DNA from: Moniliella sp. 'wahieum'
Taxonomy: Eukaryota
Assembly (NCBI GenBank): GCA_003971905.1
Contig: RSEE01000046.1
Span: forward strand, 434,001-498,000
DNA length: 64,000 bases
Direction: 5' to 3'
The notes beneath the pieces were generated by a model that was given only the letters and a program-made list of their open reading frames with translations, was not told the origin of the DNA and ran no database searches. Numbering within the stretch: position 1 is the first letter of the stretch; each line of letters opens with the position of its first letter. The position numbers and the translations under genes were made by a program. Shown piece after piece: positions 59,602-64,000 of this stretch.

Positions 59602-60639
59602 GACGGAAAGGGTGGACGGAGGGAGAAACGAAGGCGATGGAGACGCTGGCGGGGTGTCGAGGGTTGGGCAGGGGGGGTGGGCCTTATATCTATCTTCTGT
59701 TGGGGCCACTGCGCTTTGATCCTGGGGGCCAGAAGAAGGAGCCCGAGAGCATCAACGATTCCACAACACGTCATGCAGTCACAAAGTCACCATATGTCTC
59801 GGTCACACACGGGGCCACCCGACCTCAGGCGCATCATGACGGTCCTGCCAGTCATGAAGGTTGTGTCGGAGCTCTCAAGCTGACTGCCTCAACCCACCAG
59901 CACCTACCTACTGCCCCCTCGCCCACTGTGTGACGTCATGCACGTTGACCTTCACACAGCGCCGAGTCAACGAAAATGGCCTACGAAGAAGGGAGAGACT
60001 CTGGTTGCGCGTCGATCCCCGTCGGCCTCATCGGCCTCAGTGCTCTCAGTACCTTCGTATTCTCAGTGCATTCGTGCTCTCGGTACTCACAGTGCCTCAT
60101 TCAGGCAAGCCGACCATTAGAGTAGACCTCAGACGCTCATTGCATCGGTCATCGACATCGTCGTCTCTCTTAGGCCAACCCTGACTATGGTGATCGATCA
60201 GGTGATCCAACAAAAGTGCAATACCCGATTCACTATTGCCCATCCCCAAAGTACCATCATATTGGGGTTACCAGGTTACTATTATTCTTTTGCTGGAGTG
60301 TGCCTGAGTGCCTGTCACTTGTGTTTACTCCAGAGTGTGATGAGTACTGAGTGGGAATCAGAAAGGAGTTTGGGACGAGCACGCCGCCGCAATGCTTGGC
60401 TCCTTTTGTGTTAAGAGTCTGAGGAAGACGAGTAGACCCACAAAAAGGATTCGTGGGTAGAGGGGAGTAGACATGGCCAGGAAGGGCCGGGAGACGAAGG
60501 AAAGTTGATTACAGGATTAATACCTAAAGGCCTTTATAACCACAGAAGACCGCAACACCCTCTCTCTCAATACAATGGAGAAGACTCTCAATACCTTCCT
60601 GCAACATTGAACGTTCTGGATTGGTTCCTGATGGAGCCA

Positions 60640-60928
60640 GCCTGAGGCCCGAGCGCTTCTGAGCGCTGCTGAGCCTCTCAGCCTCAGCGCTCAGCCTCAG
60701 TGCTCAGCCTCAGCTCAGTTCTCTGAGAGTTGTGCGTCCTCGCATGTGACATGTGATCGTCGTAACCCCTGACTGATGCATGTGATAATAGGGAGATCCC
60801 CCCACAAGAATATCCGCTGTATCACGCATCTCAGCGCCGAGGCTCAGCGCTCAAACTAAGCTGTCTTCCCTTCTTCCTTTGTCAGCGGCTAACGCTTGTG
60901 GCTTCAAGCTTCAAGCTTCACTCACTAG
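60640..60928. repeat. Cluster of TNA-based micro-arrays
   Basis: TCAGCCTCAGCGCTCAGCCTCAGTGCTCAG, CATGTGACATGTGA, GCTTCAAGCTTCAAGCTTCA. Confidence 0.8.
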
Positions 60929-61095
60929 CCCAAAGGATTTTCCGTTTGCCTCACTTCCTTCGGCTTCCTCGTCGGGCCCCGCTGGGTACGCCTATATTAT
61001 TCAACACTTGGTCTTGGCTCTGTGGCCACATTCTGAAAGGGCGGGGTAAATTGTAGCCCAGGTCCAAGAACTGATTGCAAGAACTGGTGGGTGCG

Positions 61096-61260
61096 TGTCA
61101 CGGTCGGGGCTAAAAGGCGAGGGAGACCAGAGTCGGGACTAGTAGGATAAGGGATGTAGCAATCGTTCGTGGGGAAGAAGCAAGAGCAGAGGACATGGTG
61201 CGAAACGGAAGAACGGGGAAAGAGCGAGACGCTTGAGACGAAGAAATTGGAAATGGGAGC
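61096..61260 (-). repeat. Dispersed repeat, copy 3 of 3
   Basis: Reverse complement reads GCGTCTCGCTCTTTCCCC...ACCATGTCCTCTGCT...CTAGTCCCGACTCTGGTCTCCCTCGCCTTTTAGCCCCGACCGTGACA. Confidence 0.75.
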
Positions 61261-64000
61261 GAGCTCGATCAGCGCAACCAAATAACTAATTGCTTTTTTT
61301 TGCTTTGTTTTTGGGCTTAATTTGGGGGGCTGGGCCAACAAAAAGTTGGGGTATTGTGCGCAACCACCACCACCTATCGCCTACTTCCGTTGTAACGATG
61401 AGCCACACCAACGCCTAGGACCAGGCCGTGGAGAATATACTAGCCGCCTGAACGCGGTTGGCCATGCGACATCCATCCTTTTGCCCCCAGAGTATATTAA
61501 CCACATCGAACATCAAAAGTCTCCGCGACTGTGAGATATGGCGTCCTGTATCCTGATTCCCGGTGGTGCTTAATGACGCCAGTAATCGCTCATGGTATCT
61601 GCTCGGCTCTGACACTACAGGGATCAAAAGACAACTGCCTTGGACCTTTTTCTACCGTCTTCCACACTCCCGTTGGAGGGCGCAGTTTCGCCCACCTTGT
61701 TTCCTTTTTATTAAGCGTTTTTTGCTTCCCTCCCTCTGTGGAAGGGAGCGTTCCGTCGGAAGATGCCACACTCTCCTCCGAGCGGCCCATTATATTAGGA
61801 TGAAGAATCATACTACATCTGGTCTTGATCCCTCACCATTCATCTGTGGGGCGGTACTACATGAGAGAGCGATCACTCATACAGCATGTTCAAGACGCAG
61901 CAAGCCGATATCATTTTTCAAGTCCTCAACAACGGTTCGCATACCGCGCTGCAGAAAAGTTCTCCAATGTTTCAGGGCGGGCCGCGGGAGAGGGCCTGAT
62001 ACTTCTCTCGAAAAGAACGGCATTGCGGTCACGCGGGGTAAGCGTCTACTAGTGAGCCCCATCGTTTGCTGGTCCCGAAGTCGGATGGAACAATTTTCCT
62101 GTCGGTTCAGCGCTGCCATGCCGGCTTTGGGTGTAGTGGTGAACGTTGACCCCATCAAGTATGCCAGACTGGCAATCCAGGCGTTCCAGTTGACCCTTAG
62201 AAGCTCGCACTGAGAGCCACGGCTATTTGCTTAGCTCTGTCAATGCTGTTTTCAATGCTGTTTTTTTTGTCTTTTCGTTTTCCATCCCTCAGTTGCCACC
62301 AACACGTTCTTTGCTCTCCATATTACAAGCAGAAGAGACTAGGAATTTTTGGACGCCTTCAGTCCAAGCCACGCCCTCGTCTTATAAGCACAGAAACGAT
62401 AGCAAAAATCGTTTGGGATGCCATAGCGAGAACCATGCGCATTCGGTTCCGTCGTTAACAAGTTTTGATTATATCTCTTACCGACCTCGACCCGGTTTGG
62501 TATCCTCGTCCTCGTCCAATCCCCTTTCGCTACCAGTTCATCTCTCCAGAATGCACCTATATGCCGTTGGTCTGAAGGGATGCACGAACTATAGACGCTC
62601 CCTCCCTGTTATCAGGTTTCGGATTTGGATTCTGCTATCTACTTTCAGAGGTGGGTTCAAGGCAAAGGAAAGCAACGTTTTCGGCTGAGTGGACATTGTG
62701 CTGGTGGGAGTGGCATTCGAGAAGCTTGGTCCGCCACCCACATGTGCCGCAAACGCAAGTCTAGTTCTAGCTTCAATTTCCCATTGACGAGGCGCTCTCA
62801 CTTTTCTTTCTTTCCCCGCGAGAGTTCCTCGCCTCTTTGGCCCTAGCCATGGGATTCATATATTGCACTTTGGCTGCCCGCTGGGACTGGAGGTCGGGAG
62901 ACACTCGACGGGCAAATCCAAGTGCTCTCTGCCTCCCAATTGGGTGCCGGGCCCACTCCCATTTCGAACTACCCTCGATCAGGCGGTAACATATGGTAGT
63001 TAGCGGCCCAAATGGCCTTTGCTCGTATTCTGACCCAGTTGGCCCTCATGCATCTTTTCCCCGGGTTCCGAACATACTGAATGAGAAGACGCCATGGGTA
63101 CTCCATGTCACCTCCGTTCCCATCGCCTGGTTGCCACTGGGCGCCTAGTTGCCACTGACCACGCTCGCCCACTGCGGATTCGGGTCGCCCTATCGCCTCT
63201 TTGAGCCGGAGCAAGGTGTCCCTCTGTTCCCACACGACAAGCACGGCCCACCCATGAAAGACGCAAGCTTGGTTCGTATCGACGCTCCGCCTCGTGGCAC
63301 AAACGATGGCGTGTAGGCTACAGTGAGTTGCAACTGCAACCAGCGCTGTCCTAGCCAGTGCGCACGGATGGGCGAGGCGCGATTGGCCCTTTTGGCGTTG
63401 TGCCACCTCACTTGGACCTGCGCGACCTGACCGGGCCTGCCACTGACACTGACCGGAGCGGGTGCGAGGTGGTGATTGCAACGGAGGGTGTGGTGGTAGC
63501 CTATATCGCAACCCCATCGTCGCCACCGCGGGGTTTGCTGCGGGTCAAACTCTGTCAGACTGTCCAGCGCAGTGGCGTTGCTCTGCAGAGGACACCAGGA
63601 TGGTCGGTTGTTGCGTGGAGGGTGGATGATCTGATGGCTGACGCGGGGGAAGACGGGAATGGGAGGGCGGGTGTGAGCATGCTAGGGTTGGCATGCAGCG
63701 ACAGGCGTTGGGACGGAGCGCCCAGCTGCGCCTCAGCGCTGGGGCCATCGGCCCACTAGGAGGGTTGCAATGTGATGCGCGCAGAGGGCCCGCACACGCA
63801 GCCCTGGTCGAGCCAGAGTCGATAGGTGCCACCCGTTGGGGAGTGGCAAAACAGGGCTTGACATGTGGGGTTCCCAAGCGTTCCCACCAGATACTCAGAT
63901 CCATGCCCAGCACCAACGTCCCCCCACGCTGATCCAATCGATCCAATCGTTAATCGGGAGACGAGCGGATCCAGATTCAACCGTGTCGGCCTATGTTCGC

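Noticed and set aside
60923..60990. CACTA terminus or a third Helitron end at CACTAG
   Set aside because: No matching TIR and no convincing hairpin.
62969..64000. ORFs at the right edge
   Set aside because: No motif or consistent strand signal.

Overview
This is GC-rich eukaryotic genomic DNA, most likely from a basidiomycete fungus (short GT-AG introns with CTAAC/CTGAC branch points, fungal gene set). Nearly every host gene carries scattered single-base frameshifts, best explained as assembly indels, so gene coordinates are approximate. Genes in order: pseudouridine glycosidase-kinase fusion (runs off the left edge), Msb2/Hkr1-like signalling mucin, divergent forkhead transcription factor, SEC22, complex I 30-kDa subunit, a coiled-coil hypothetical, a telobox Myb protein, intron-containing tRNA-Lys(CTT), a bacterial-looking old yellow enzyme, a Pls-type (poly-amino-acid synthetase-like) membrane NRPS, a RimJ/RimL GNAT, GPC1, GCV3, NMNAT and a GRE2/ARII-like reductase. 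Mobile DNA: an intact Ty1/copia element (identical 160-bp LTRs, AAACT target duplication, gag and pol in frame but split by one UAG), two Helitron-like 3' ends with twin GNA-triloop hairpins, and a three-copy dispersed repeat. The most unexplained signal is a pervasive intergenic pattern of 7-bp-period units: TNA (TGA/TCA/TTA/TAA) followed by an interchangeable 4-bp palindrome, concentrated upstream of genes.
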